NCBI GenBank assembly: GCA_000002435.2
Contig: CM018790.1
Reading direction: 5' to 3' (one strand)
DNA from: Giardia intestinalis
Taxonomy: Eukaryota
DNA length: 64,000 nt
Positions 30,659 through 40,284 of this stretch are shown here, one piece after another. Position 1 is the first letter of the stretch, and each line of letters begins with the position of its first letter. The translations under genes were made by a program, and so were the position numbers. The notes below the pieces were generated by a model. It saw only the letters and a list, made by a program, of their open reading frames with translations. It was not told the DNA's origin and did not search any database.

Positions 30659-31543
30659 ATGCCCGATAGCCACAACTTTGTAGGCGTGCTTCTTAGCATC
30701 CTCCCAGTTAAGGACTTTCCTTTCTCTATTGCAGGAGGGGGAGACTCGGCGCATATTTCTTTTCAGTCACCCGACAAGCTCTGTTGCGCAAAACTGATCC
30801 TCCAGGGTCAGTGCCTCTTTTCGCAGCCAGAATTAGAAATCTACAACGTCTCTATGGCTCTGCAAGGAGAGAGGCTTTGCGCTGGCAACTTACTAGATCA
30901 AGATGGATCCTTGCCAGCTAAAGTTGTTGTAGCTGCCGCTCCACTACCTGATAACCCTAAAGGTTATGATTGTTATGGCTTTGCAGATCTGCTCAAATCT
31001 CTGGCTTCAATGTCCCAGGCGATTGTGGATTGGTCCGCACAGATGAGCAGTGAGGTCAAGTATTCACTCCCAGACATTCTCTCGGCTCCAACCTCACAGT
31101 CTAAACAGCTTCCCATCTCACACCAAGCTAAGATAGAGCTTTTATCTTGCAATGTACCGAAGATCACTAAACGTCTCTGTCGGAGCTGTCGCGAAGTGTC
31201 CACTCTTATTGACAGAGGGGCCATTGAGGAACGAATGCGGCAGTTCGTTGCACACTGCAATGCTTGCACTCGCACATCACTTAAGATAATGAAGCACTAT
31301 CAAGATTCTATTTCAGGCAGTCAAAATACCCTCTTCTCAGCGTCTGGCGAATCTTTACTAATGCGTAGCATAGTAGAGAAGCTGCAAGCACAGCTATTCA
31401 TCTACCAAGCAAAGATAAAGACCCTTATGTCATCTTCTGACGTTGGTAATAACCTGTACAATCCTCAGACTCTTGAAAGCTTACTCACACTTGTATCAAG
31501 CTTCTACGATGGTCAAGTTACACGCCAGGCATTCATCCCCTGA
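30659..31543 (+). CDS. Hypothetical protein (294 aa), no recognisable domain
   Basis: Uninterrupted ORF with ATG at 30659 41 bp after preceding stop; coding-like composition; no motif recognised. Confidence 0.5.
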   Translation: MPDSHNFVGVLLSILPVKDFPFSIAGGGDSAHISFQSPDKLCCAKLILQGQCLFSQPELEIYNVSMALQGERLCAGNLLDQDGSLPAKVVVAAAPLPDNPKGYDCYGFADLLKSLASMSQAIVDWSAQMSSEVKYSLPDILSAPTSQSKQLPISHQAKIELLSCNVPKITKRLCRSCREVSTLIDRGAIEERMRQFVAHCNACTRTSLKIMKHYQDSISGSQNTLFSASGESLLMRSIVEKLQAQLFIYQAKIKTLMSSSDVGNNLYNPQTLESLLTLVSSFYDGQVTRQAFIP

Positions 31544-31647
31544 TATGCCGGCACAGTTTCTCTATCCTTCTTGGTTCTGGTAGTAGATTCTGGTAATAGA
31601 TGCTTCAGTAAATCACGCACAGGCAAAGAATTAAAAAGGCAGGGTCG

Positions 31648-34600
31648 ATGGGTCTCATCCACTCAGAGGAATTGGTTGATGTTAGACTTCTATCGCCCCG
31701 CAAGTGGTCAAGGAATCCGTTAAAAGTAACAACTTGTGCGCTCTATGCTATTGTCCTTCTAGTTGTTATTCTTTCCGGTGCCAGGGCCGCAATGCTTTAT
31801 AATTCTTTGCCAGCTGCGAGCAAAGCACTGGAGTATCCTCTCCGCAAATTGAATCTGTTTGAGGAGATGAAAATTGCCCCGCCCCCGCTTTCTCCAACCA
31901 TACTCAATGGTCTGCTATACCACGATGTTGGCATTCACTTTCGTGTCGTATTATTTCTTCTCCTAGTACCTATCGCTGTCCACATCATCACCATTCTCAT
32001 AGAATTCTGGGTGGTTGAGGTCAGAGCTGTTATGTCGTTTTCCCTAGTCAAGAATCCCCGCGACGCCTCAGTTATCTTTGCTACCCCCAGATGCGGATCT
32101 GGCCAGCCATGCTTTTTGACTATGCATCACGAAGTACAACATACCGGAAAGAGTCCTGTCGCCACGTCACCAGAGGATTTCAGTTATGTGTCGTACTTCT
32201 ATTTCCAGCAAATAAAGTACGTTTGGATTGATAAGGAAAATAAATTTATTTCTGTGTCGGACGACCTTTCGTCCCAGCAGACATCATTAGAAGTACTCCT
32301 CAGAAGTGCGGACAAAGGCTTGTCATCGGCGGAGCATTCACAGGCAACAATTCTGTACGGAGAAAATAGACTTGCAGTTCCCCTCTTAACGCTTGGGCAT
32401 CTTTTCGTCGAGCACATTCTATCACCATTTTTTATGTTCCAACTTTTTACATCGATTCTCTGGTTGTTCGACGACTTTGCCGTATATTCATTCTTCACAT
32501 CCGTTATGCTTTTGTTTATGGAGGGAGGAAACATTCTTACCAAGTTCAATCGCATGAAGGAGTCTAGGAAAATGATAAGTAACCCCTGTCAGGTCGAGGT
32601 TCACCGTGATTGCGAGTGGGTTGTCGCATCAAGTACTTCGTTGGTTCCCGGAGACCTAGTTCGTTTCACAGTTGACAATCTCCAGGCTGCAATGGAACGT
32701 CAGTCTTCACAAGCGGAAAAGCAGAGAAAAAGTGCCCAAGATACACAGCTAAAGCAGCTCGGTGTTCCTTCTATCCATATCTTGCTGTCTAGAATGGGGC
32801 GCATGTTTCTCAGCGGTAGCTATCCTACCGAGAACTATGCTATCATGCAAAGGGAAAAGAATATTGGGTTTTCGACCCAGATTCCGGCTGACTTGCTAAT
32901 TACAAAGAACGTGGCTGTGGTGGATGAGAGTCTGCTTACGGGAGAAAGCGCTGTGCAAATGAAAGACTCCATCTGGGAGAGTGATCTCCTTCTTAATAAA
33001 ACCTTGGATGATGCAAAAGAGATACCATTCAATCAAGACAGGGATGCGTCACACATTCTCTATGCCGGAACAACACTTGTGTCTGTCAGCTCAGAGCCTG
33101 TTGAGGCTGTCGTCTTGCGTACAGGCTTTGAAATGAGCCAGGGCCAGCTTATCAGGAAGATACTTTTCGACACGGAGCGCACAAGTGCCACTACCAAGGA
33201 TGCTGTGCAGTTCCTCGTGATCATGTTTGTCATTGCTTGTATCGCCTCCATCTACACCTTTGTAAGAGGGTATGTGACTCAGATTTGCCCCCTGAACAGA
33301 CTTATTCTAGAGAGTTTAATAGTCTTTGTCTCTGTTATTCCCCCCGAGCTTCCTATGGAGGTTTCCATGACGGTTTCCGCTTCACTTCAAGAGCTCCGCC
33401 GCTTATTTATATACTGCACTGAGCCATTCAAGATCATGAATGCTGGAAAACTTCGTATTTGTTGCTTTGATAAGACAGGAACACTTTGCGATTGCGAGGT
33501 GAAGGTGGTTGGCTTTATATCTAATTCTGAAGACGACAGAGCAAACCACTTAGAGCGTATAATTTCTTCTGCTGAACTTGTAAAAAGGGCTAATCGCTCT
33601 CTTGAGAATAGGAGCTTTACTGGTGATCTGGTGTCCCACCTTGTCTTGTCTTCGGCCCAGAGTCTTTTCGTTCATCATGATAAACTTATTGGTGACCCAC
33701 TAGAACAAGCAATCTATGCAGATGGTAAGATTTATAGCATCCAGACCGACGGCGTTGTTTCTCTCGCATTGACACATCCGTGGCAGGTGACCGTAACCAG
33801 ACGCTTTGCTCTCTCAAACCGACTGAAGCGAATGAGCGTTGTAGCAACTGCAACATGCAATTCCAAAGCCATCTCCAAAACTATTGTGGCAACCAAGGGT
33901 GCGCCAGAGGTGATCAAGGAGCTGTGCACCCCACAGTCTGTTCCCTACTGGCATGATGATTGTCTTAACGAGCTGGCTGCACAGGGCTACCGGATCCTTT
34001 CTTTTGCCTACAGAGAATTGGAATCTTCCGATGAAACGCTGACACGAGCTAATGCAGAAGACGGCCTCACCTTCCTGGGCTTTATTGTTACAGATTCAAA
34101 TCTAAAACCAGACACTAGGGAGGCTATAGAGATCATCAAGGCATCTGGCCACCGCTGCGCGGTGATCTCAGGAGATAATGTTATCAGTGTAGGAGTAGTG
34201 TCCATCCGTTCGGGGATACTACCAGCTAGCCGTCCGTTGTACAATCTTGAAAGGTTCGACGAATGCGCACAAACCTGCCTGTTTACAAGATTAAATATTA
34301 GGACTCATCACTCGGCACCTACTGAGTTTGACTTTCCTAGCGAGCTTGAAGTAACAGAGAAGAATGTTAAAGCAATAGCACGACAGTACTCATTAGCTGT
34401 AACGAATAATTCCGCTTTTATTGCCCTCTTAGCACACAGTAAGTGTGGTCCCATGTTTATTCCCCGCATCCACGTGTTCGCTCGAATGACCCCTGAACAG
34501 AAAGCTGACATCATTCGTGTCATGCAAGGAACCGCTCCTACCCTATTCTGCGGAGATGGATCGAATGATGTTGAAGGGCTCCGTTCAGCAGACGTTGGGG

Positions 34601-35748
34601 TTGCACTTTGGGAAGCAACAGACTACAAAGAGAAAAAAGCAGAGGCAGACCGGATCGAGGCGTCTGCCAAGGAGTCTGCCATAGTTCGCCAACAACGAAT
34701 TCAGGCAGCTGTGGCTCAAATCCCCAAGCCATCTATACTGGGCCCTTCGGGAACTCCTGCGTCCCAGCAGCTCATCTACACGGAGGCTCGTAGGCGCTCT
34801 GCAGAGAAGAATACAAAGCTTACTGACGAGATGCGCTATCTCATCTGGGAGCAAAATAAGTACTGGTCAGAGGTACGGCGGGTATCGAGAAGTGGGTCCA
34901 CCTCCCTTGTGGACAAGATCTTCGGTATGTCCAACGATGGAATAATGTCTGGCTGGAGTCAGGCCTTCGACATTGAGGACGAAGGGAAAAGCTTACAACT
35001 TGGCGATGCAGCAATCGCAGCACCTTTCACAGCCAAGTCTGGAACCATTGGGGGCGTCCTTGACATTATTCGTCAAGGGCGATGTTCGCTTGTCACCCTT
35101 ATTATGACCTATAAGACCTTAGCTCTGAAGTGCATCGTGGGGGCATATTCCATGTCTGTGTTGACACTGGACGGCGTTCGGTACTCTGAGCAGCAGCTGA
35201 TGGCCAGTGGCGTATCACAAATGTTTATTCTATTCAACATCAACAAATCAAAACCTCTGAGAAGGATTAGCCGCATCCCAGCACCAGACAATATCATAAG
35301 CGCATATGCCCTTGTGAGTCTTGCGCTGCAGGTCCTCGTCCACGTCCTTATCATGTCTTTGTTGGTCCACCTGCTTTCCACAGAGAAGACAACAGTGCCG
35401 TTTGATGTCAAGTTCCAGCCGTCGCTTGTTAATACCGTTGTATTCCTTCTGGGCATGTACCAGGATCTAGCAATCAATGTCGTTAACTATCCTGGAGAGC
35501 CGTACATGCTTAGCCTGACGCAGTTCAAGAAGCTGTGGAGAGGCGTCATCGTATCCGTAGTGGCCACGCTGGTTCTTACCATGCAGTGGCTTCCTGAGCT
35601 TAATGAGGCGCTCGGTCTCATCACGATGGACGGTCATGTGCAACGGACCGTGATGACATTTGGCCTACTCGATGTGCTGCTATGTCTCGGGATTGAGAGG
35701 GCGTCATTCCACATTTTGGGACCAAAGCCCATCAGTGATGACGCTTAG
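31648..35748 (+). CDS. P5A-type P-type ATPase (Spf1/ATP13A1 family, ER membrane)
   Basis: P-type ATPase hallmarks: phosphorylation motif CFDKTGTLC (variant of DKTGTLT), GDGSNDVEGLRSADVGVAL (GDGxND hinge), TGES-like LLTGESAVQMK; P5A-specific PPELPMEVS in M4; multiple TM segments at both ends. TGTAAAC 8 nt after stop. Confidence 0.85.
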   Translation: MGLIHSEELVDVRLLSPRKWSRNPLKVTTCALYAIVLLVVILSGARAAMLYNSLPAASKALEYPLRKLNLFEEMKIAPPPLSPTILNGLLYHDVGIHFRVVLFLLLVPIAVHIITILIEFWVVEVRAVMSFSLVKNPRDASVIFATPRCGSGQPCFLTMHHEVQHTGKSPVATSPEDFSYVSYFYFQQIKYVWIDKENKFISVSDDLSSQQTSLEVLLRSADKGLSSAEHSQATILYGENRLAVPLLTLGHLFVEHILSPFFMFQLFTSILWLFDDFAVYSFFTSVMLLFMEGGNILTKFNRMKESRKMISNPCQVEVHRDCEWVVASSTSLVPGDLVRFTVDNLQAAMERQSSQAEKQRKSAQDTQLKQLGVPSIHILLSRMGRMFLSGSYPTENYAIMQREKNIGFSTQIPADLLITKNVAVVDESLLTGESAVQMKDSIWESDLLLNKTLDDAKEIPFNQDRDASHILYAGTTLVSVSSEPVEAVVLRTGFEMSQGQLIRKILFDTERTSATTKDAVQFLVIMFVIACIASIYTFVRGYVTQICPLNRLILESLIVFVSVIPPELPMEVSMTVSASLQELRRLFIYCTEPFKIMNAGKLRICCFDKTGTLCDCEVKVVGFISNSEDDRANHLERIISSAELVKRANRSLENRSFTGDLVSHLVLSSAQSLFVHHDKLIGDPLEQAIYADGKIYSIQTDGVVSLALTHPWQVTVTRRFALSNRLKRMSVVATATCNSKAISKTIVATKGAPEVIKELCTPQSVPYWHDDCLNELAAQGYRILSFAYRELESSDETLTRANAEDGLTFLGFIVTDSNLKPDTREAIEIIKASGHRCAVISGDNVISVGVVSIRSGILPASRPLYNLERFDECAQTCLFTRLNIRTHHSAPTEFDFPSELEVTEKNVKAIARQYSLAVTNNSAFIALLAHSKCGPMFIPRIHVFARMTPEQKADIIRVMQGTAPTLFCGDGSNDVEGLRSADVGVALWEATDYKEKKAEADRIEASAKESAIVRQQRIQAAVAQIPKPSILGPSGTPASQQLIYTEARRRSAEKNTKLTDEMRYLIWEQNKYWSEVRRVSRSGSTSLVDKIFGMSNDGIMSGWSQAFDIEDEGKSLQLGDAAIAAPFTAKSGTIGGVLDIIRQGRCSLVTLIMTYKTLALKCIVGAYSMSVLTLDGVRYSEQQLMASGVSQMFILFNINKSKPLRRISRIPAPDNIISAYALVSLALQVLVHVLIMSLLVHLLSTEKTTVPFDVKFQPSLVNTVVFLLGMYQDLAINVVNYPGEPYMLSLTQFKKLWRGVIVSVVATLVLTMQWLPELNEALGLITMDGHVQRTVMTFGLLDVLLCLGIERASFHILGPKPISDDA

Positions 35749-35827
35749 GCAGTGCTGTAAACCGTTATTGTTAGTCGCACGTTTCTCGCTACATTGAGAG
35801 AAGACAAAGTTTCAATTCACTTACCCT

Positions 35828-38323
35828 TCATTGCTTGGCGTCCAGTGAGTCAGCACTGTCTTCAAGGGATGCAATCTGCGAGACAGTACCCCCAATAAAA
35901 GCAGTCTGCTTGAGCTTGTCAATCCAACGTTGTACCTCCTCAACAGAAAGCTTGGATACAGAGTATCGGCCACCAGGCGTAACCATTGACTCGAAGTATC
36001 CCATGCTCTTTCGAATCAGAGTTTTTGCCTTAGAATCAGTATGTCCATAGTCTATGTAGTTAGATATCTCTGCAGAACGATGCTCGAGATTCTTAGCCTG
36101 CTGCTTGAGGTCAAGAATACTATTTTCAGCAAGGAACTGTTTGAAAATTTCTAGTGCTTCACCCACAGTTGTACAGGCCTGCGTATATGAATCAATAATT
36201 TTCTGACTTTCCTCTAATATCTTTTCAACTCTTTGTTCATCATCCTTACATGCCTCAAGTTCCTTCTTCACCTCTGGGTTTTCAACCAATCTACTACAAA
36301 ATGATCTCTTTGTCAACGCCAACTCGTGATTAGCTAACAGACAGAAACACCTTTTGCAACAATTTCCATAAGGCCTTATAAAAGACCAGCTGTATGTCAC
36401 CTTGGCAAGTAAATTATCTTCAAGCTTCTCTTGCTTGCTCTTCTCCATAGCTTTATATCGACTCATCGGAATAGGTGAGCTACAGCATATTTGATAGCAC
36501 CCTTTGCATCGCAATCCAGGATGGTCTAGATCACGATCCTCATAAATGTATTTCTTAACACGAGCCTTATCCTGAAGAGATTTTTCCTTGCTATATAATG
36601 CTCTAAGATAACCTCTTTCTTCCTCCATATCCTTTCTCTTAGTCTCCAAGCCATCACGCAGCCCGGGCAGCGTATAAACCAATGCCTCACTCACACGCAG
36701 AGTAACATCAAAGCTGACTGTTTCCTGAACATGATGTGGGTGCAAACCAGCAATGTGTCCGAACATACGTGCGAGCTCTCCACGCATCCTGTGCCAGCTT
36801 TCAGCAGAGGCGGAGCACATCTCGTTCGTTATCAGATTTGCATTCTGGGAACAAATGGCAAGAAGACGCACGATTTCACTGTCAAAGCAGTATAGTATCT
36901 TCTTTTCTAACGGCAGCCTAATTCCACTGTCAGTGAAATACTTCATTAGTGAGGGAAGGGTGTCGCCAGGTTTATATAGTGTAGCCCTAGTGTGTGTGAA
37001 CCCGATAACGATGTTGTCCAGTATGCTCCTATGGAAATGCTTGAGAAGCTCCTCGATACAGTACTTGAGGAAAACAGTGAAGCGGGAATCGTTCGGTTTC
37101 AGTAGAAAGCAAACACCGTAAAGAGTTTTATGATGCGAAAGATGCCTTATGATGTTGCGTATGTTCTCCGCGTCCTTCTCCAGCCCCCGCGTGTCACCCA
37201 TACCAGGAGTGTCTATGACGCAGACGCGCACGGGTAAACCGTTCAGAGTGTAGTTGAAATAGTAGTCCTGTGGAGCCTGTGTTACCGAGCCACCCAAGGC
37301 TTCTGCCTCCTTTTCTCCTGTCGAGATTTCTACACCGTCGAAGACGAATCTTACAGGAATTGGCCAGCGTGTGTTTTCGAGAGGAATTGTTGGGAGTCTA
37401 GAGAATTGAGAGCACAGCGAAAACGTATTGACAAGGGTGCTCTTACCGACTCCCGATTCCCCTATCAGAAGAATGGATAGCTCTTTTGTTGGCGGGAGGT
37501 CTGTCGGTCCAAAAACAGAGGGCTCCACAGCAGGACAACAAGCAGATGCAGCCACCAACGCAGCGTTAACGTCTATGGGAGAAGGAAAGGAGGGAACGGT
37601 GGGTGGCAGCGTACTGATCTCATGACTAGAAACATGATTGGAGCCATATTGCCTTTTAGACCCAGAAGGTTTGGACTTTGAACGAGGCTTAGATAGCTTG
37701 TCAATGGGTGAATCCAAATCCTTTAATACCTCATCTACCGTCGCATATGCACATTTTTCTATGCACTTCTTCAATTTCTCGGGAAGATGACGACGACACC
37801 CACGAAGCTGATCATAATTCGCCAGTTTTTCCCCAGTATATGCCTCATAAATCAACACAGCAAGGGAGCGCAGGTTATCTCCCTGAAATGTGGGAGCATC
37901 GTTCTTCGATAATGGAGCTGTCTTCAGTAAAACTTCACCATCTCTGAGAGATACTGTGTCCAATGTTAAATCCTTACAAAACGTAGGAGGATCACTGGCA
38001 TACCCTTCCTTCACTTTCTTAAGGAGACGTACAGTCCATTCTATTACAAGGTCTTCTCGGCCAGAAGGAGAGAGACCAGAGTCCTCAGAGAAAATGCTGC
38101 GAAGAGTTGGAGAGTCTTTCGAAACAACAGGCCTTTGGGTAGTTTTGGCATATGGAGCGCCCCCTACACAACCAGGTGGCATGACTGATGGCGTTTCTTT
38201 TATTTTTTGTGAAACTTTGCACGGCGTACTTGATTCTTCGTTGATCGGTATGAAAAGTATTACGAAAACCCAGGATAATATTAGCAAATGATATGTCCCA
38301 TCTTTAAGTGTGATTGATTCCAT
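35828..38323 (-). CDS. Septin-clade (septin/paraseptin/AIG1 superclade) P-loop GTPase paralog A: N-terminal signal-anchor TM, kinase-C-lobe-like remnant, GTPase with degenerate G4, Cys-cluster, C-terminal coiled coil
   Basis: Track ORF starts at TTG (38341); first ATG is 6 codons in (cat at 38321-38323) giving MESITLKDGTYHLLILSWVFVILFIPI (hydrophobic anchor). G1 ILLIGESGVGKSTLVNTFS (cf. septin GESGLGKSTLINSLF), switch-I GGSVTQAP, G3 VIDTPGMGDTRG (septin DTPGxGD), post-switch-II block YGVCFLLKPNDSRFTVFLKYCIEELL, G4 position NIVIGFTHTRATLYKPGD (septin NIVPVIAKADTLT; KxD lost). Upstream: APTFQGDNLRSLAVLIYEAYTGEKL resembles kinase subdomains VIII-IX. Downstream: LRCKGCYQICC...GNCCKRCFC Cys cluster, then heptad-rich tail. 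Confidence 0.7.
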   Translation of the reverse strand: MESITLKDGTYHLLILSWVFVILFIPINEESSTPCKVSQKIKETPSVMPPGCVGGAPYAKTTQRPVVSKDSPTLRSIFSEDSGLSPSGREDLVIEWTVRLLKKVKEGYASDPPTFCKDLTLDTVSLRDGEVLLKTAPLSKNDAPTFQGDNLRSLAVLIYEAYTGEKLANYDQLRGCRRHLPEKLKKCIEKCAYATVDEVLKDLDSPIDKLSKPRSKSKPSGSKRQYGSNHVSSHEISTLPPTVPSFPSPIDVNAALVAASACCPAVEPSVFGPTDLPPTKELSILLIGESGVGKSTLVNTFSLCSQFSRLPTIPLENTRWPIPVRFVFDGVEISTGEKEAEALGGSVTQAPQDYYFNYTLNGLPVRVCVIDTPGMGDTRGLEKDAENIRNIIRHLSHHKTLYGVCFLLKPNDSRFTVFLKYCIEELLKHFHRSILDNIVIGFTHTRATLYKPGDTLPSLMKYFTDSGIRLPLEKKILYCFDSEIVRLLAICSQNANLITNEMCSASAESWHRMRGELARMFGHIAGLHPHHVQETVSFDVTLRVSEALVYTLPGLRDGLETKRKDMEEERGYLRALYSKEKSLQDKARVKKYIYEDRDLDHPGLRCKGCYQICCSSPIPMSRYKAMEKSKQEKLEDNLLAKVTYSWSFIRPYGNCCKRCFCLLANHELALTKRSFCSRLVENPEVKKELEACKDDEQRVEKILEESQKIIDSYTQACTTVGEALEIFKQFLAENSILDLKQQAKNLEHRSAEISNYIDYGHTDSKAKTLIRKSMGYFESMVTPGGRYSVSKLSVEEVQRWIDKLKQTAFIGGTVSQIASLEDSADSLDAKQ

Positions 38324-38385
38324 AGTCAATCTCAGAATCAATGATTGGATTAAAAAACCAAAAAGATCTTTTAAACAAATTTAGA
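38324..38385. promoter_or_regulatory. Candidate A/T-rich bidirectional promoter/initiator region shared by the divergent GTPase paralogs (if paralog B uses ATG at 38386; only 17 bp if it uses ATG at 38341)
   Basis: Sequence agtcaatctcagaatcaatgattggattaaaaaaccaaaaagatcttttaaacaaatttaga between the two divergent start codons; Giardia promoters are short A/T-rich initiator elements. Confidence 0.4.
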
Positions 38386-40254
38386 ATGAGCAGAGCAAGT
38401 TCGTCAGCCAGCGATACGTCAACATATGGCTCCGAGTCATCATACAACTCAAGTTATTCCGACGAATCTGACAAGTATGAATCGTCAGACACATCTACAA
38501 ATGATTCATGTGGCCGTCGTGCCAACATCCTTCTTTTGGGAGAAACCGGGGTCGGGAAGTCCACCTTCGTCAACGGATTCATTAACTATTTGCGCTTCGA
38601 TAAAATGCCAGAGAGCCCAGAAGATACAAAGAGAACTATATGGGCGGTGCCAATGAGTTTCAGTTTAATAGATAATAACTATAAGCAAGTGTCTGTGTCG
38701 GTCGGACCTTCTGACAAGAATGAGGACGTGGAAAGCGTGGGCGCTTCTGTGACCCAAGACCCAAAAGTGCACGTTTTTGAAGCTCATGAAACCGAGATAC
38801 ATTTGATTGACACGCCAGGAATTGGAGATACGAGGGGCTATGACTATGATAAGGCGAACTTCAACAAGATCATTAATTTCGTCAAGGACTACGAGCTCCA
38901 CGGGATCTGCATGCTCCTGAAGCCGAACAATGCTCGCCTCAACGTGTTCTTCAAGTTCTGTGTCGAGGAGCTCTTGGTCCATCTACCAGCTAACGCAGTG
39001 AAGAACATCATCTTTTGCTTCACAAACGCGCGTTCCACCTTCTACAAGCCTGGAGACACATACACACCTCTTAAGAAGCTTCTAGAGGACAGAAGCATCA
39101 AGATAGCCCTTGCCGAAAAGACAATGTATTGCTTTGATAATGAGGCTATACGTTTTCTTGCAGCTCGTGCAAATGGTGTCACATTTTCTCCCGAAGACAC
39201 AAATAGCTTCTGTGAAAGCTGGAAGAGGGCATCCGATGAGCTCAAGCGCGCGATAAACCATCTGAAAATAATCAAACCGCAGAGTGGAAAGGCAATCAGC
39301 CAGCTGGAGGACGTGCGCAGGACAATCACAGGCCTCTCCATTCCCATGGCAGACATTACGCGCATCATCCAGGAGAATATTGACCTTCAGAAGGGCCATG
39401 AGAAGGAACTTAAGAGCCTATCGGGAGAGGAGGACGACCTTAAGGACAGATTGAAAATGGAAGTCATCCGATACGACGTTATAGAATTCAATCAGCCCCG
39501 TACGGTCTGCACAACTTGTGCAAAACAGGTCACGGTTAACGGTGTAACGTGTATAGAATTTGATACTGCTTGCCACGATCCATGCTATTTAACGACTGTC
39601 ACCGCCATGCAAATGGGTCACCCAGAGCTACGAGGTTGCTGGGCTATGAATGGAGACATGTGTCATATTTGTGGTCACTCCTATATGGAGCACATGCACA
39701 CGATGCATAAAGCGAGTCCCAAGAAGGTCACTGAAGACGATCCCCAAGTACTGGAGCGCCTCAAGAGCACCAGTGACAGACAGGCGGTAATACAAGAGGA
39801 GATCCGCAAGGCGAAGGACAAGATTAAACACTACAAGAAGGAGTACCGCCGTATCATAGAAATAAGTGCTCGATTCGCGCAGTTCATCAAGAAGAACGCG
39901 ATCCTGGACTTCAACTCCTCTCTCGGCGATTATCTCAAGACTCAGATCAAAAAGCTCGAAGACGCATCTGACCTCTCCGACATTGACAAGAAGCGCCTCA
40001 ACGGGTTCAGAGAATCACTGAAGCGCTACGAGGAGGAGGTGAAGATCTTCCAGGAGGCCATTTCACGTGGGAAGGTAACCGTTCCAACAAACAATGAGAT
40101 AAGCGAGCTCATCGATGAACTCAAAAACCTTCCACTGACAGGCGAAAGTTTCAAGATAAGCCTCCAGGCAAACGAAAGGATGCTCAAGCACTACGCTGAG
40201 CACCTGGGCAAAGCCAAACCGGCAACCAGCTCTAAGAAAAAGCGCAGCAGGTGA
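38341..40254 (+). CDS. Septin-clade P-loop GTPase paralog B (soluble; acidic Ser-rich N-terminus, GTPase with degenerate G4, Cys/His zinc-finger-like insert, C-terminal coiled coil, basic tail)
   Basis: ATG at 38341 (alternative ATG at 38386, MSRASSS...). G1 ILLLGETGVGKSTFVNGFINYL, G2-like GASVTQDP, G3 LIDTPGIGDTRG, septin-like FNKIINFVKDYEL (cf. septin FKTIISYIDEQFE), HGICMLLKPNNARLNVFFKFCVEELL, G4-position NIIFCFTNARSTFYKPGD. Zn-like cluster CTTCAKQV...CIEFDTACHDPC...CWAMNGDMCHICGHSYMEHMH. AGTGAAC poly(A) signal at 40278-40284. Clear paralogy to 35828..38323 over >300 aa. Confidence 0.75.
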   Translation: MIGLKNQKDLLNKFRMSRASSSASDTSTYGSESSYNSSYSDESDKYESSDTSTNDSCGRRANILLLGETGVGKSTFVNGFINYLRFDKMPESPEDTKRTIWAVPMSFSLIDNNYKQVSVSVGPSDKNEDVESVGASVTQDPKVHVFEAHETEIHLIDTPGIGDTRGYDYDKANFNKIINFVKDYELHGICMLLKPNNARLNVFFKFCVEELLVHLPANAVKNIIFCFTNARSTFYKPGDTYTPLKKLLEDRSIKIALAEKTMYCFDNEAIRFLAARANGVTFSPEDTNSFCESWKRASDELKRAINHLKIIKPQSGKAISQLEDVRRTITGLSIPMADITRIIQENIDLQKGHEKELKSLSGEEDDLKDRLKMEVIRYDVIEFNQPRTVCTTCAKQVTVNGVTCIEFDTACHDPCYLTTVTAMQMGHPELRGCWAMNGDMCHICGHSYMEHMHTMHKASPKKVTEDDPQVLERLKSTSDRQAVIQEEIRKAKDKIKHYKKEYRRIIEISARFAQFIKKNAILDFNSSLGDYLKTQIKKLEDASDLSDIDKKRLNGFRESLKRYEEEVKIFQEAISRGKVTVPTNNEISELIDELKNLPLTGESFKISLQANERMLKHYAEHLGKAKPATSSKKKRSR

Positions 40255-40277
40255 CAACAGGACAAGCCTACTGGAAA

Positions 40278-40284
40278 AGTGAAC
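40278..40284 (+). terminator. Giardia-type polyadenylation signal AGTGAAC (AGTRAAY) 24 nt after stop of GTPase paralog B
   Basis: Exact match to AGTRAAY consensus read in sequence (ctggaaaAGTGAACttg). Confidence 0.5.
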
